Translations under genes and position numbers: made by a program
Shown here: positions 19,352 to 29,979 of the stretch, piece after piece
Position numbering within the stretch: position 1 is the stretch's first letter
Layout of the letters: the number at the start of each line of letters is the position of its first letter
DNA from: an uncultured delta proteobacterium
Lineage (GTDB): Bacteria > Desulfobacterota > Binatia > UBA9968
Assembly (NCBI GenBank): GCA_963737905.1
Contig: CAVTUQ010000019.1
Span: 64,001-128,000, forward strand
Reading direction: 5' to 3'
Length of the DNA stretch: 64,000 nt
Notes under the pieces: model-generated
What the model was told of the DNA's origin: nothing
What the model saw: only the letters and a program-made list of their open reading frames with translations
Databases searched by the model: none

Positions 19352-19849
19352 ATGAAACCGGAAAAAGCACAGCTGGTGGTCCAGGGACTCAAGGAGGCGG
19401 GAGTGGACTTTACCGCCGGAGTGCCGGACGCCCAGTTCATCGAAGTCTACAAGATGCTCGCTGACGATCCCGATATTCGCTATGTGGGTACGGCCAACGA
19501 AGCCGAAGCTGTGGGCGTCGGGTTTGGAGCATGGTTCGGAGGAAAAAAACCGGCGTTGATTCTCGCCACCTCCGGCTTGTTGGTAGCGACCTATCATCTG
19601 GCGCGGGTCAATATCATGCACGAAGTCCCGCTCTTAGTCGTAATTCCATACCGTGGCGACATTGGAGATCCGCGATGGCTGGGGCTTTACAAAAAAACCA
19701 CCGAGCCAGGCCTCGATGCCATGGACATTCCGTATCGGGTTGTAAGCCGCTCGGCGGACATCGTGAGGACTCTCAAAGAGTGCAACGAAAGCGCACGAGC
19801 TTGGCTCAAATGCATCGCCGTGATCTTGAATGAGGAGGCTCTATGGTAA
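19352..19849 (+). CDS. TPP-dependent decarboxylase alpha subunit (ComD/phosphonopyruvate decarboxylase N-domain-like)
   Basis: GVPD, ANEAEAVGVGFG, ATSGL, YRGDIG. Confidence 0.8.
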   Translation: MKPEKAQLVVQGLKEAGVDFTAGVPDAQFIEVYKMLADDPDIRYVGTANEAEAVGVGFGAWFGGKKPALILATSGLLVATYHLARVNIMHEVPLLVVIPYRGDIGDPRWLGLYKKTTEPGLDAMDIPYRVVSRSADIVRTLKECNESARAWLKCIAVILNEEALW

Positions 19850-20472
19850 CGCGCTTGGCATTAATCAAAGAATTGGCAACTATTGTTCCGGAAGACCTTC
19901 TCGTCGTTTCCAGTATCGGGAACAACAGCGCTTTTTGGGGAGAGCTTGCGGAAAGGGAAGCTAACTTGTTTCATGCCACCTTGGGAATGTGCACCCCGGC
20001 GGCTTTCGGGCTCGCCATGGCGCTGCCTAATCGTAAAGTTTTGGCCCTTGACGCGGATGGCAACCTTATTTTGAATTTGGGCGTCCTCGGCACGATTGCC
20101 AATGAGAACCCCACCAACCTGACGATCCTCGTCATGGACAATGGCAATTATCTGGGGAGCCACAAAAAAGAACCGGGAATGCCGACGGCGACGGGTGGAA
20201 AAATGAATCTTGAGCAAGTGGCGAAAGCATGCGGCATCGAAAGCTCGTGCACGGTTCAGGAGGTCACGGCGTTTCGCCAGCAAGTTCAGATGGCGCTGGC
20301 AAAGGCAGGGCCACATTTTATTCGCGCGCGAGTTGAGGCTCTCGATACCGAAAGGCCCGGCCGGATAAAGCGCGTGCCCGACCCGCGCGAAAACAAATAC
20401 CAGTTCGCCAAATATATTGAGAGGACCGCCGGGGTGCAGATCCTTGGCGGTGGTCTGGGCAATTTCGGCTAA
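19843..20472 (+). CDS. TPP-dependent decarboxylase beta subunit (ComE-like)
   Basis: TPP motif DADGNLILNLG...MDNG; overlaps the alpha gene. Confidence 0.8.
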   Translation: MVTRLALIKELATIVPEDLLVVSSIGNNSAFWGELAEREANLFHATLGMCTPAAFGLAMALPNRKVLALDADGNLILNLGVLGTIANENPTNLTILVMDNGNYLGSHKKEPGMPTATGGKMNLEQVAKACGIESSCTVQEVTAFRQQVQMALAKAGPHFIRARVEALDTERPGRIKRVPDPRENKYQFAKYIERTAGVQILGGGLGNFG

Positions 20473-20499
20473 CCGACCGCAAGCAGTAACGGAGACCAT

Positions 20500-21474
20500 A
20501 TGAAACCGTTCGCAAAGTGTCTTATTTGGAGTTTGCCGGCGGTGTTGACGTTTGTTTTTGGGTTGCCGTACGCTGCATTGGCCCAGACCAAGATGACCAT
20601 CGCCTATTCTTCGTTGGGTCCGATGGCGACGGGCGTTTGGATGGCAAAAGACATCGGGGCTTTTGATAAGTACGGGATCCAAGCCGATATCCTTTTTATC
20701 TCCTCGGGACCGGTGGTCGTTCAAGCTCTCATCGGTGGAGATTTACAGGTGGGAAGCGCGGCTAGCAATGCGGTCATCAACGCTATTTTGCACGGCGCGC
20801 CCATCATCGGCGTGGCCGGGACGGCAAATCGGCCTTACCACCGGCTGTTCGTGCAGCCGGACATCAACCGCCTCGAAGATCTGCGTGGAAAGACTCTCGG
20901 GGTTACCCGGTTTGGCTCGATTACCGATAATCTAACGCGGATCCTGTTACGAAAATCCGGTTTAGAAGGGGCGGTCAACGTTCGTCAAATGGGCGGCACG
21001 CTCGAAGTGTCCGCGGCTTTCCAAAATAAAGTATTGGCGGGGGCGGTGACGTCCGATCTTCGAGTGAATCCGCCAGCCCAGGCAAAGGTTCTCACGCGAT
21101 TGATCGATCTAGGCATTCCTTACTCGATGAACATGATCGCCGTCTCCCGTGATTTCCTGAAACGCAATCCTGGGGCGGTGGAGAGTGTTGTCAAGGCCTA
21201 CGCCGAAGGAATCGCATTCATGAACCGTGATAAGGAACGCTCGCTGAAAATTATCGCCAAGTACGCGCGCTTGACGGATCTTAAAATGATTGAGGACCAC
21301 TACAACGACTCAGTGACATATTTGGAACGCATCCCGACACCCGAACCTGAGGCGGTGGAAACCATTCTCGAGTTCATGGGTAAAAAAGGAGTTCCGCTAG
21401 AGACTTTTATGGACAGCACGATCGTCAATCGTCTCATCGCTGAAGGCTTTTTCAAACGACTTTATCGACAATAG
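20500..21474 (+). CDS. NMT1/THI5-type substrate-binding protein
   Basis: Signal peptide; WMAKDIGAFDKYG, DLRGKTLGVTRFGS. Confidence 0.88.
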   Translation: MKPFAKCLIWSLPAVLTFVFGLPYAALAQTKMTIAYSSLGPMATGVWMAKDIGAFDKYGIQADILFISSGPVVVQALIGGDLQVGSAASNAVINAILHGAPIIGVAGTANRPYHRLFVQPDINRLEDLRGKTLGVTRFGSITDNLTRILLRKSGLEGAVNVRQMGGTLEVSAAFQNKVLAGAVTSDLRVNPPAQAKVLTRLIDLGIPYSMNMIAVSRDFLKRNPGAVESVVKAYAEGIAFMNRDKERSLKIIAKYARLTDLKMIEDHYNDSVTYLERIPTPEPEAVETILEFMGKKGVPLETFMDSTIVNRLIAEGFFKRLYRQ

Positions 21475-21533
21475 ACGCCCGCGCGTCGTCTTATGTGCCG
21501 TTGCTATTTTTGCGCCCAGGGAGGTGCGATGAC

Positions 21534-22268
21534 ATGAGTCGAGTGATAACAAGGCCACTGAAAGAGGACAAAGATGGAATTCCAGGTTACATCGCGTTTC
21601 CCGAGCGCGAGGAGAAGGGGCCGGGGCTGCTTTTGATCCACCAGCATTCCGGACTCACCGGATACTTGAAGACCGCGGCCTACCGGTTTGCTAAGCTGGG
21701 TTATACGACGGTCGTCCCGAATCTTTATCACATGCTCGGTTATCCAGCGGAAACGCACATCGACAAGGGGACCGAGATTCAAAACAAGACACCCGACCCG
21801 GATTTTGTTCGAGTGATCGACCAGGGTTGGCGCTATGTTTGCGGGCGTAACGATGTTAATGCCTCGCGGGTTGGAGTCATCGGCTACTGCATGGGCGGGC
21901 GGTTGGGCATCCACTTCGTCGCCGCAACGCCATCCGCGCGAGCCTTCGTCGCCTATTATCCGTCTGTTGCGGATGAGCCAACGACGCGCATCCGGCCGCG
22001 ACATCCTTGCGACGCGGCACGGGAGATCAAATGCCCATCGATGATCCTTTACGGCGGTCATGACCAGCACAGCACGTTTCCGGTCCAGCAGCGCGTAATG
22101 GAAAGTTTTTATGCTAACGGGCAACCGTTGGAGTGGCACTACTTCCACTTCGGCAATCATGGGTTTGCGTCCACTGAATCAGACGGCTATCAACCCTATC
22201 TCGCGGATCTCGTCTGGCCGCTGGTGACCGAGTTTTTGAGTCGCGAGCTGATTGGACCGGCCCTGTAG
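21534..22268 (+). CDS. Dienelactone hydrolase family protein
   Basis: GYCMGG nucleophile motif, D and HGF; ATG 21534 after GGAGG. Confidence 0.88.
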   Translation: MSRVITRPLKEDKDGIPGYIAFPEREEKGPGLLLIHQHSGLTGYLKTAAYRFAKLGYTTVVPNLYHMLGYPAETHIDKGTEIQNKTPDPDFVRVIDQGWRYVCGRNDVNASRVGVIGYCMGGRLGIHFVAATPSARAFVAYYPSVADEPTTRIRPRHPCDAAREIKCPSMILYGGHDQHSTFPVQQRVMESFYANGQPLEWHYFHFGNHGFASTESDGYQPYLADLVWPLVTEFLSRELIGPAL

Positions 22269-22353
22269 CGCGGGAAACAGCATTCCAGAGGAATATAGGA
22301 AGATTTTCCGCATCAAAGAATTGCGCCATTCACCTGAGCGTTCTTTCCCCATC

Positions 22354-22477
22354 CAGAGACTGTGTCGCAATGGTTCAAGACCGCATTGTCATCCCGAACG
22401 AAGGTGAGGGATCTGAGATTTCTCCCTGCGGTCGAAATGACAGAGACGATGTTTTCGATGTTGCGACACAGTCTCTG
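22354..22477. repeat. Second, inverted copy of the TIR-bounded MITE-like element
   Basis: Perfect TIRs cagagactgtgtcgcaa / ttgcgacacagtctctg; reverse complement of 6917-7036. Confidence 0.8.
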
Positions 22478-22638
22478 ATGGAGGTTAGGATAGGGGTGGT
22501 TTGAATCGGCAACGTGACTTCTATCCCGCGGGTCGAGGACGGAGCGAAAAAACACGATGACAGAAAAATTATCTCCGTGGTTATTGTTTTTGGTTGCCGT
22601 TGGGACAGTAAAAACGGTGGTTGTCTGGAGCCTGAGAG

Positions 22639-22667
22639 TTGACGAGTACACCAATTGGCAGTACCCT
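22639..22667 (+). promoter_or_regulatory. Sigma70-like promoter with overlapping palindrome for the TA operon
   Basis: TTGACG-17 bp-TACCCT; spacer palindrome gtac.ccaattgg..gtac; ATG 5 bp downstream. Confidence 0.55.
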
Positions 22668-22672
22668 AATTT

Positions 22673-22948
22673 ATGATCAAACAGGTCGATATCCGGGCGG
22701 TAGAAAAAGACCTGATGAAGACGCCTAAAGCTTTAGTCATTAAGTTTCAGAAGTGGGTTGATGATATCGAGAGGTATGGTCTGGAAGAGGTTCGAAAAGT
22801 ACGAGGTTGGCATGACCATACGCTCAAGGGCGACCGCGCGGGGCAAAGGGCCATTTATTTAAACAAAAGATGGCGTGCGGTCTACGTGATTGAGGGAGGC
22901 GAAGTGAAAATCGTGAAAGTCATAGAGGTGCACCCCCATGAGTACTAA
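22673..22948 (+). CDS. RelE/HigB-like mRNA interferase toxin
   Basis: 91 aa; DHTLKGDRAGQRAIYLNKRWRAVY; lies upstream of an HTH gene. Confidence 0.75.
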   Translation: MIKQVDIRAVEKDLMKTPKALVIKFQKWVDDIERYGLEEVRKVRGWHDHTLKGDRAGQRAIYLNKRWRAVYVIEGGEVKIVKVIEVHPHEY

Positions 22949-23249
22949 GAAAAAAAGTGATGCGATGCAGTTCTTAGAAAGCCTGGTCGGGGAGGTAACG
23001 TTTGGCGGATTGATCGAAGCGATGCGCCAAGCTGAGGAGATGTCTCAGGTTGAATTTGCCAAGAAGCTCGGGATTTCCAAGCAGCACCTGTGTGACATCG
23101 AGAAGGGTCGCAAGTTTGTGAGTCCTGAGCGTGCCGCGAAGTTCGCCAAGATACTGGGCCATTCGGAACAGAGCTTTGTAGCTCTCGCGCTCCAAGACAT
23201 CGTCAATCAGGGTGGGCTGAAGCTAAAAGTCACCGTAGAGGCTGCCTGA
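22938..23249 (+). CDS. XRE-family HTH antitoxin (HigA-like)
   Basis: MSQVEFAKKLGISKQHLCDIEKGR; overlaps the toxin gene. Confidence 0.8.
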   Translation: MSTKKKSDAMQFLESLVGEVTFGGLIEAMRQAEEMSQVEFAKKLGISKQHLCDIEKGRKFVSPERAAKFAKILGHSEQSFVALALQDIVNQGGLKLKVTVEAA

Positions 23250-23415
23250 AATGTACTGAGGGCTGCGCCTTCACGGATTCCAAAGAGAGGTTAACTCGCC
23301 CGGATCCGTTAACGGGGAAAAGGACCAGCTATGATTCCTTATCGGCCAGACAAGATGATTAAATAGGCGAGAGGCATGAGGCAATAGTAAGAATTTCAGA
23401 TTAGGAAAAAAGTAT

Positions 23416-24506
23416 ATGAATAAGAAATCGTCGATCCGATTTCCGGCCTCTTGCTCCGACAATCTAAAATCCAAAGCATGTCCTGAGCCACGCCGAAGGA
23501 TCGAAAATCTAAAATGGCTGGGGCTTTCGGTAATCGCTTTCGTGCTCGTGGTGGCCGGGGCGTTGGCTCAGGCGCAGCAGCCGAACAAAGTCCCGCGGAT
23601 AGGGTACCTATCGCCGTTCGATCCAGTTGCTGAGTCCACCCGTTCCGAGGCAATTCGGCTAGCTCTGCGCGAGTTTGGCTACATAGAAGGACAGAACATC
23701 GCCATCGAGTACCGATATTCGGAGGGTAAGGTCAATCGGTTCCCTGAGCTTGCGGCCGAGCTGGTGCGTCTCAAGGTTGATATCATCTTGGTATCAGGAG
23801 GGGACAGGCTGATCCTGGCGGCCAAGAATGCGACCAAGACGATTCCCATCGTTATGACAGGCGGTGGGCTCGATCCTGTTGAGGCAGGCCTGGTTGAAAG
23901 CCTTGCCCGTCCCGGCGGCAACGTCACCGGCATTACAAACCTTACCGGAGAACTAGGCGGTAAGCGGCTGGAACTGCTCAAGGAAGCCGTTCCCAAACTT
24001 GCCCGTGTCGCGGTTCTCTACGATCCGGCCAATCCGGACAGTGTACTCGAGCTGAAAGAGGTTCTCCCAGCCGCGGCGCGTGCGCTGAGGTTGACTATTC
24101 AGCCTTGGGAGGTACGAGCTGCGGACGGTTTCGAGAAGCGTATTCGCTGCGATCAGTAAGTGGCGCCCGGATGGACTCTATGTGCCTACCTCGGGCCCGC
24201 TAATGCGTGCGTGCTAACCGAAAACGGATCGTCGGCTTTGCGTTAAAGAGCCGATTACCGTCGATGTACAGCAACAGACAAGCTGTAGAGGCTGGTGGTC
24301 TCATGTCCTACGGGGCGGATCTCGCGGACAGCTACAGGCGCGTCGCATATTTCGTGGACAGAATTCTGAAGGGAGCCAAGCCTGCTGAGCTGCCTGTGGA
24401 GCAACCGACTAAGTTCGAGTTTATCATCAATCTGAAAACGGCCAAGCAAATCGGTTTGACGATTCCGCCTGAGGTGCTCGCCCGGGCGAGCAGGCTGATC
24501 AAGTGA
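23416..24506 (+). pseudogene. ABC_sub_bind-type substrate-binding protein, frameshifted at about 24135-24210
   Basis: RIGYL, ELVRLKVD, SLARPGGNVTG, then GGLMSYG...[18 protein letters not shown] in another frame. Confidence 0.8.
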
Positions 24507-24802
24507 TTCAATTTTAGATTTTCGATTGCCGATTTTAGATTACGAGAGGCAAAATAACGAAGAAGATTTTTAGGACTCGATTCTCGTATTCCCTCTCCGA
24601 CAATCGGAAATCTAAAATCCAAAATCGAAAATAGGCGCGGTTGTCGCCTTCGGTCGGGATGTGGCTCAATGGTTCCGGGAGCCTTTTTTACGCCGTGTGA
24701 GGATCTGAGAATTTTACCGACGGAGTCCGTTTGGCAGTCGGGGCTAATTTTTATATACCAGAGATACCTACGTTAAAAGGAATTGGGAGAAACACGGAGA
24801 AG

Positions 24803-24961
24803 AAAATCCGAATATCGAAATCCGAAATCCGAAACAAATTAAAATGATCAAAAACTACATGTTCTAAACGGCGAGGATCGGATTTGGGGTTTTGGAATTT
24901 TTCAGATTTTGGGTTTATTTGGTTGTTAGTTTGTTTTGGATTTCGATATTCGGATTTCGAG
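24803..24961. repeat. Heptamer-based inverted repeat element
   Basis: aaatccgaatatcgaaatccgaaatccgaaacaaa ... tttgttttggatttcgatattcggatttcg. Confidence 0.7.
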
Positions 24962-25054
24962 TTTTGTTTCAGTGATGTCTTGGGGCAATAAATTTTGGTG
25001 AAGTCGTTTTGTTAGGCAATTACTATGTAATAATCTACGCCTAAGGAGATCTTA

Positions 25055-25768
25055 ATGCAAGTCCCGGAGTGGCGAAACGTTATCGGTGAGATGGTGCGCA
25101 AGCACATGCGCTCGCCGGAGCTAGAGCACTATTTTTCAGTTAAGATGAATAAGCCGCGGGCGCAGCTCATGATCACGCAGCTTGGGCTTTACATCCGGCA
25201 CCGGCGGGATTGTTGGGCGTTGGTCTCGGCGAATTGCCCGGTGATGGCGATCAAGCAGGCGATCTTGCAGCATGAATATGGCGAAGTGATCAAGGATCAG
25301 TTTTCCGATTACGGTCATTTGCATTTCATCATTCGCCAGGCGCAAAAACTGGGATTGACGCCTCAAGAAGTGATCGACACCAAGCCGATCGTCAGCACGA
25401 CGGCGACGCTCTATGCTTGGGCCTGGCTGACGCACGCCAAGAGCTGGATCGAAGGATTATCCGCGCTGACGGTCACCGAATGGACAAACGATGACCGGTT
25501 ATTGCGCGATATCGGCGGCGGCCATTCCACGCGCATGGGCAGACGGTGGACTGAGGATATGGGGATTCCGTGGCGCGACATGCCGAATTTCGTCGCGCAC
25601 TCGCAGGCGGACGAAGAACATAGCGATATGTTCCTACCGTTTTTGGAAGAGTACGCGACGGGCGAAAAAGAGAAGATGGCTCTTAATGCCGTAAAAGAAT
25701 CCCTGGATCTTTTCGCTCTGTATCGCGATGGCGTGGCGCGGGCGATGGAGAAGATTCCGTTGAATTGA
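25055..25768 (+). CDS. Heme-oxygenase-like diiron protein (CADD/PqqC/TenA fold), paralogue 1
   Basis: HEYGE..GH, TEW and HSQADEEH give a CADD-like E/H/E/H/D/H ligand set; predicted helical. Confidence 0.75.
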   Translation: MQVPEWRNVIGEMVRKHMRSPELEHYFSVKMNKPRAQLMITQLGLYIRHRRDCWALVSANCPVMAIKQAILQHEYGEVIKDQFSDYGHLHFIIRQAQKLGLTPQEVIDTKPIVSTTATLYAWAWLTHAKSWIEGLSALTVTEWTNDDRLLRDIGGGHSTRMGRRWTEDMGIPWRDMPNFVAHSQADEEHSDMFLPFLEEYATGEKEKMALNAVKESLDLFALYRDGVARAMEKIPLN

Positions 25769-25916
25769 TGTTATTCTAAGTTTTACCGAGAAGGCAATAG
25801 GTGAGGTTTGTGCGCATGTGGCAAGGAATTACCATCCTTCAATTCGTCAGGAGGACGGAGGTTGAAAAGAAGTCCGTAAAGGTAAGTGAATTAGAAATCA
25901 AAAAAAGGAGGTGAAC

Positions 25917-26257
25917 ATGGAAAAACCAAGAATCCGGCATATTGCGATCAACGTCGAAGATCTCGACAAGACCGCAGAGTATTACAAACGAGTCTTCGGC
26001 ATGGAAGAAAAACATCGGCGGCCTGGGGGAACTATTTATCTATCCGACGGCCATCTCGATCTCGCTCTCATCCATACCGAGAAATATCCATGGGGAATCC
26101 ATCACTTTGGTTTCAAAGTCGATAGCGTCAAAGAAATCGAGAAAATTGCCGACACCAAAGCCGAGGACAACACCTACGGAGCCATTGCGGAAAGCTGGAT
26201 CAAAGATGTCGAAGGCAATCGCGTCGATGTTTCCGAGCACGGCTGGCCGATATATCA
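25917..26257 (+). CDS. Single-domain VOC family protein (stop codon apparently lost; end approximate)
   Basis: IRHIAI, YLSDG, GIHHFGF, DVEGNRVD; strong RBS AAGGAGG. Confidence 0.7.
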
Positions 26258-26413
26258 GCAAGCTGTAAAAAGACTGTCGATTCGAGGATCAAATCGAGGT
26301 TTCGCGCGTTCATTTGCTCCGCGAGTACGCATATCGCGAGCCGGCCTCAGCCGTATGGTTTCAATGAAGTATTTTCGAACTGCAGCGAGTCTAGTCGACC
26401 GAGTTGTGACTCA

Positions 26414-27370
26414 ATGCTGGTCGCGACAAGAGCATTTTCTGATTCTCTATTTGCGTTTCTGTGCGCACTGCCGGCGCTTAGCTCGCGCAGAACCCATCCA
26501 AGGTTACCGTCGCTTATTCCGCCGTCAGCCCGATTTTCGCCGGCGTGTGGATGGCCAAGGAGATCGGCGCCTTCGAAAAGCAGGGGCTAAAAGCGGATCT
26601 CGTTTATATCAGCTCCGGAAGCATCACGGTGCAGGCGATCTTGGGCGGCAATTTGGATATGAGTATTGCGGCGAGCAACGCGGTGGTGAGCTCGATCTTG
26701 CGCGGCGCGCCGCTGGTGGCGGTCGGGAGCATTACGAACCGGCCGGCGATGAGTTTGTTCGTGCAACCGGAGATTACCAAGCCCGAGCAATTGCAGGGCA
26801 AAACCTTGGCGATCACGCGGCACGGCTCGTCGACTCATTTCTTGACCTGTTTGCGACTGGAGAAAGCTGGGCTTGCACGACAAGGTCAAGATTCAACCAA
26901 TGGGCGGCACACGGGAAGTAGATGCGGCAGTGCGAACCGGTATGGTGGCGGGCGCTGTGCGTAGCATGAAGCCGGGACCGAAAACGCGGATGCTCGTCGA
27001 TCTGCCGGATCTAGGCATTCCTTTCTCAATGGATCTTATCGCCGTGAAGCGTGATTTTTACAAGAACTCGCCGCGTACGGTGGAGGCGATGCTCAAAGCC
27101 TATATCGAAGGCGTGGTAGCGCTGAGAACCAGAAAAGAGTTTGCCTACAAAGTGTTAGGAAAATACATGCTGGGCGCGAATGATTCGCTGGACGAGGCTT
27201 ATGAATACTCCGTCAAGTATCTCGATCGTCAAGCCAAAGTGGATCCGGCCGTGATTCAAACAGTGCTGAATTGGGAAAACAAGGGCGACACTCCGGTCAA
27301 CGAGTTTTTCGACAATTCAGCCATCGATCGGATTATCAAAGAGGGATATGTCGAGCGGTTGTACAAGTAG
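26414..27370 (+). pseudogene. NMT1/THI5-type substrate-binding protein with frameshifts
   Basis: VTVAYSAVSPIFAGVWMAKEIGAF.. in the 26545 frame continues as KVKIQPMGG..IKEGYVERLYK in the 26873 frame. Confidence 0.75.
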
Positions 27371-27385
27371 CCGCTGGAGACAGTC

Positions 27386-28102
27386 ATGAAGCGAGCAGAG
27401 TGGAGGAAAGAGCTCGGTGAGTTGGTCCGGAACGCGATGCGTTCGCCCGAGCTGGAACACTATTTCCGAGTTAAGATCACCAAGCCCGGCGCCCAAGTCT
27501 TGATCACGCAATTAGGGCTTTTCATTCACCACCGGCGCGATTGCTGGGCACACGTATCCGGCAATTGTCCGCATATGTCCGTGAAGCAAAAGATTCTGCA
27601 GCATGAATACGGCGAAGTCATCAAAGATGAATACACCGAGCATGGACACATGGAGCTGATCATCCGCCAGGGGAAGGCGCTAGGTTTGACGCCTGATGAA
27701 GTTCTGAATGTCGAGCCTCTACCTTCAACTATGGCGACTCTTTATGCCTGGGCTTGGATCGCGAGAGAGAAAAGCTGGCTCGAAGGGCTGGCCTCTAATA
27801 CGATCACCGAGTGGGCCAACGACGACCGATTGCTTCAGGATGTCGGCGGCGGGCTTTCCAGCCGCATGGCAAAGCGGTGGATGGACGATTTGGGGTTCGG
27901 CTGGGAGCAGATGCCGAATTTCAGAGTTCACAGCCAGGCGGACGAAGAGCACAGCGACATGTTCTTGGAAGATTTCGAGCGGTTCGCCACCGGCGAGAAG
28001 GAAGCGCTGGTTTACCGAGCCGCTAAAGAGTCAATGGATCTTCTCATAATGTTCCGCGGCGGGATCGCGGCTGAGATGGAAAAGCTGGCCAAAGATATTT
28101 GA
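27386..28102 (+). CDS. Heme-oxygenase-like diiron protein, paralogue 2
   Basis: HRRDCW, HEYGE..GH, TEW, HSQADEEH. Confidence 0.75.
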   Translation: MKRAEWRKELGELVRNAMRSPELEHYFRVKITKPGAQVLITQLGLFIHHRRDCWAHVSGNCPHMSVKQKILQHEYGEVIKDEYTEHGHMELIIRQGKALGLTPDEVLNVEPLPSTMATLYAWAWIAREKSWLEGLASNTITEWANDDRLLQDVGGGLSSRMAKRWMDDLGFGWEQMPNFRVHSQADEEHSDMFLEDFERFATGEKEALVYRAAKESMDLLIMFRGGIAAEMEKLAKDI

Positions 28103-28174
28103 AATTTGGGATGAAGAATGTCTCGTGCAAAGGCGCAAAGGGCGGCAAGGTTTGTCCAACGATGAGGAACAAGA

Positions 28175-28882
28175 ATGGATGCTAAGGGTTGGGAAGCTGC
28201 TTTCGGAAAGCTCGCGCGGGAAACTATGTCGTCGCCGGAGCTGGAGCGCTATTATTCCGTGCCGATCACTCGGGCGCGAGCGCAACTACTTCTGCAACAG
28301 CTTTCGCTTTATGTCCGCCATCGCAGGGATTGTTGGGCCTTCGTTTCCGGCAATTGCCCGGTGCTTTCGGTGAAACAAAAAATTCTGGCGCATGAATACG
28401 AGGAGATGATTCGCGATCAGCACTCCGAGCACGGCCACCTGGACTTGATCATTCGACAGGGAAAAGCTATCGGCTTGTCTGCCAAGGATATTCTGGAGGC
28501 GAAGCCGATTCCGAGTACGACTGCGACACTCTACGCTTGGGGCTGGATTTGCAAGAAGAAACATTGGCTCGAAGGTCTGGCCGCGATGACCATGACGGAA
28601 TGGAATCAGGATGATCGCTTGCTCGCCGATCTCGGCGGCGGTCACGCCGCGCGCATGGGCGAACTCTGGATCAAATATCTGGGGATCACTTGGGACGATC
28701 TCCCAAACTGGAAAGCGCATCGCGCGGCGGACAAGGAGCATGTGGACATGTTCCTGCCGATCTGGGAAGAGTTCGGCCAAGGCGAAAGCGAAAAAATCAT
28801 TCTCGATGCCGCAAAGGAATCCGAGGAATTGTATCGCGTCTATCAAACCGGCATTGCCGATGCGATGGAGGCGCTGACTTGA
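28175..28882 (+). CDS. Heme-oxygenase-like diiron protein, paralogue 3
   Basis: HRRDCW, HEYEE..GH, TEW, HRAADKEH. Confidence 0.75.
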   Translation: MDAKGWEAAFGKLARETMSSPELERYYSVPITRARAQLLLQQLSLYVRHRRDCWAFVSGNCPVLSVKQKILAHEYEEMIRDQHSEHGHLDLIIRQGKAIGLSAKDILEAKPIPSTTATLYAWGWICKKKHWLEGLAAMTMTEWNQDDRLLADLGGGHAARMGELWIKYLGITWDDLPNWKAHRAADKEHVDMFLPIWEEFGQGESEKIILDAAKESEELYRVYQTGIADAMEALT

Positions 28883-28947
28883 TACTGTTCTCGGACCTCA
28901 GGATCTCCTTCCCCTTAACGGGGAAGGATTAAGGAAGGGGTGTAAAA

Positions 28948-29979
28948 ATGAACACCTTCCTCTCAGCACCCCAATCCCCCGTCGAGGGGGAAGGAGTTTC
29001 CGGCCAGCGGGCACAGGTAACCAACATCTTCTTATCAGTATTCGCAATAATCGTTCTCTTTTCCATATCTGCCCATAGCGCCGAATCGGCAAAAGAGAAA
29101 ATCAGCGTGGCCTATGCTTCCATCAGCCCCAGCATGTCCGGGATCTGGATGGCTAAAGAGATCGGCGCCTTTGAGCGGCATGGTCTGAACGTTGATCTCG
29201 TCTACATTAGCTCAGGCGCCACGGCAATCCAGGGCTTGGTGGGCGGTAGTGTTCAGGCGGCGCTGGGCGCAAGTAACGCGGTGGTGGCCGCGATTCTCAA
29301 GGGCGCCCCGATCATCGCCGTCAGCAGCAATACGAGCCGCCCAGGCATGGCTCTATGGGTCCAACCCGAGATCCTGCGCGCTGAGCAACTTCAGGGGAAG
29401 ATACTGGCGATCACGCGCTTCGGCTCCACCAGTGATTTCGTCACGCGACTGGTGCTCAAGAAACTTGGCCTCGACGGCAAAGTAGACATCAGACAGTTCG
29501 GTGGAGTGGTCGAAGCGGATTTGGGTTTTCGCTCTCGACAGGCAGAGGGACGCGTTGCATCACAGGCACCCGGGCCCCAGGCAAAATTGTTGGTTGATGC
29601 CGCTGAGCTCGGCATTCCCTTCTCCATGAACCTGTTGGCCGTTAGCAACGACTACTATCGAAAATCGCCGAAATCAGTCGAAGGTATTGTCGCGGCCTAT
29701 ATCGAGGGCATCGCGGCGCTCAAAACCAAAAAGCCACAGGCGCTGAAAATGCTCGAAAGGTACATGGGCCCGCGGGGTGGCGGTCCGGAGCTGCACTATG
29801 AGTTCGTCACCAAATACCTCGACAACGTTCCGCGTGTCGACCCGGCGGCGATCGATACGGTGTTAGAGATGGTTGGCCAGTCGGGACCGGACAAAACGAA
29901 GCTTTTTGATAACAGCATCGTAGATCGGTTAGTGCAGCAGGGTTTGATCGACAAGCTCTACAAAGGAGGCAAGTTGTGA
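28948..29979 (+). CDS. NMT1/THI5-type substrate-binding protein (start uncertain; N-terminus overlaps a REP-like repeat)
   Basis: Signal-like stretch; WMAKEIGAFERHG, LQGKILAITRFGS. Confidence 0.85.
   Translation: MNTFLSAPQSPVEGEGVSGQRAQVTNIFLSVFAIIVLFSISAHSAESAKEKISVAYASISPSMSGIWMAKEIGAFERHGLNVDLVYISSGATAIQGLVGGSVQAALGASNAVVAAILKGAPIIAVSSNTSRPGMALWVQPEILRAEQLQGKILAITRFGSTSDFVTRLVLKKLGLDGKVDIRQFGGVVEADLGFRSRQAEGRVASQAPGPQAKLLVDAAELGIPFSMNLLAVSNDYYRKSPKSVEGIVAAYIEGIAALKTKKPQALKMLERYMGPRGGGPELHYEFVTKYLDNVPRVDPAAIDTVLEMVGQSGPDKTKLFDNSIVDRLVQQGLIDKLYKGGKL

Noticed and set aside
22313-22654. 113-aa ORF sharing LCRNIENIVSVISTAGRNLRSLTFVRDDNAVL with the 6870 protein
   Set aside because: The shared peptide is simply the translated MITE-like repeat, not a protein domain
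24600-25910. RiPP precursor peptide for the diiron enzymes
   Set aside because: No short ORF with an RBS and repeated core motifs was found in the intergenic gaps, which are filled by repeat elements
25911-26921. 336-aa VOC fusion protein in the ORF track
   Set aside because: Only the first ~113 aa are VOC-like; the rest is intergenic DNA and an off-frame reading of the SBP gene, best explained by a lost stop codon
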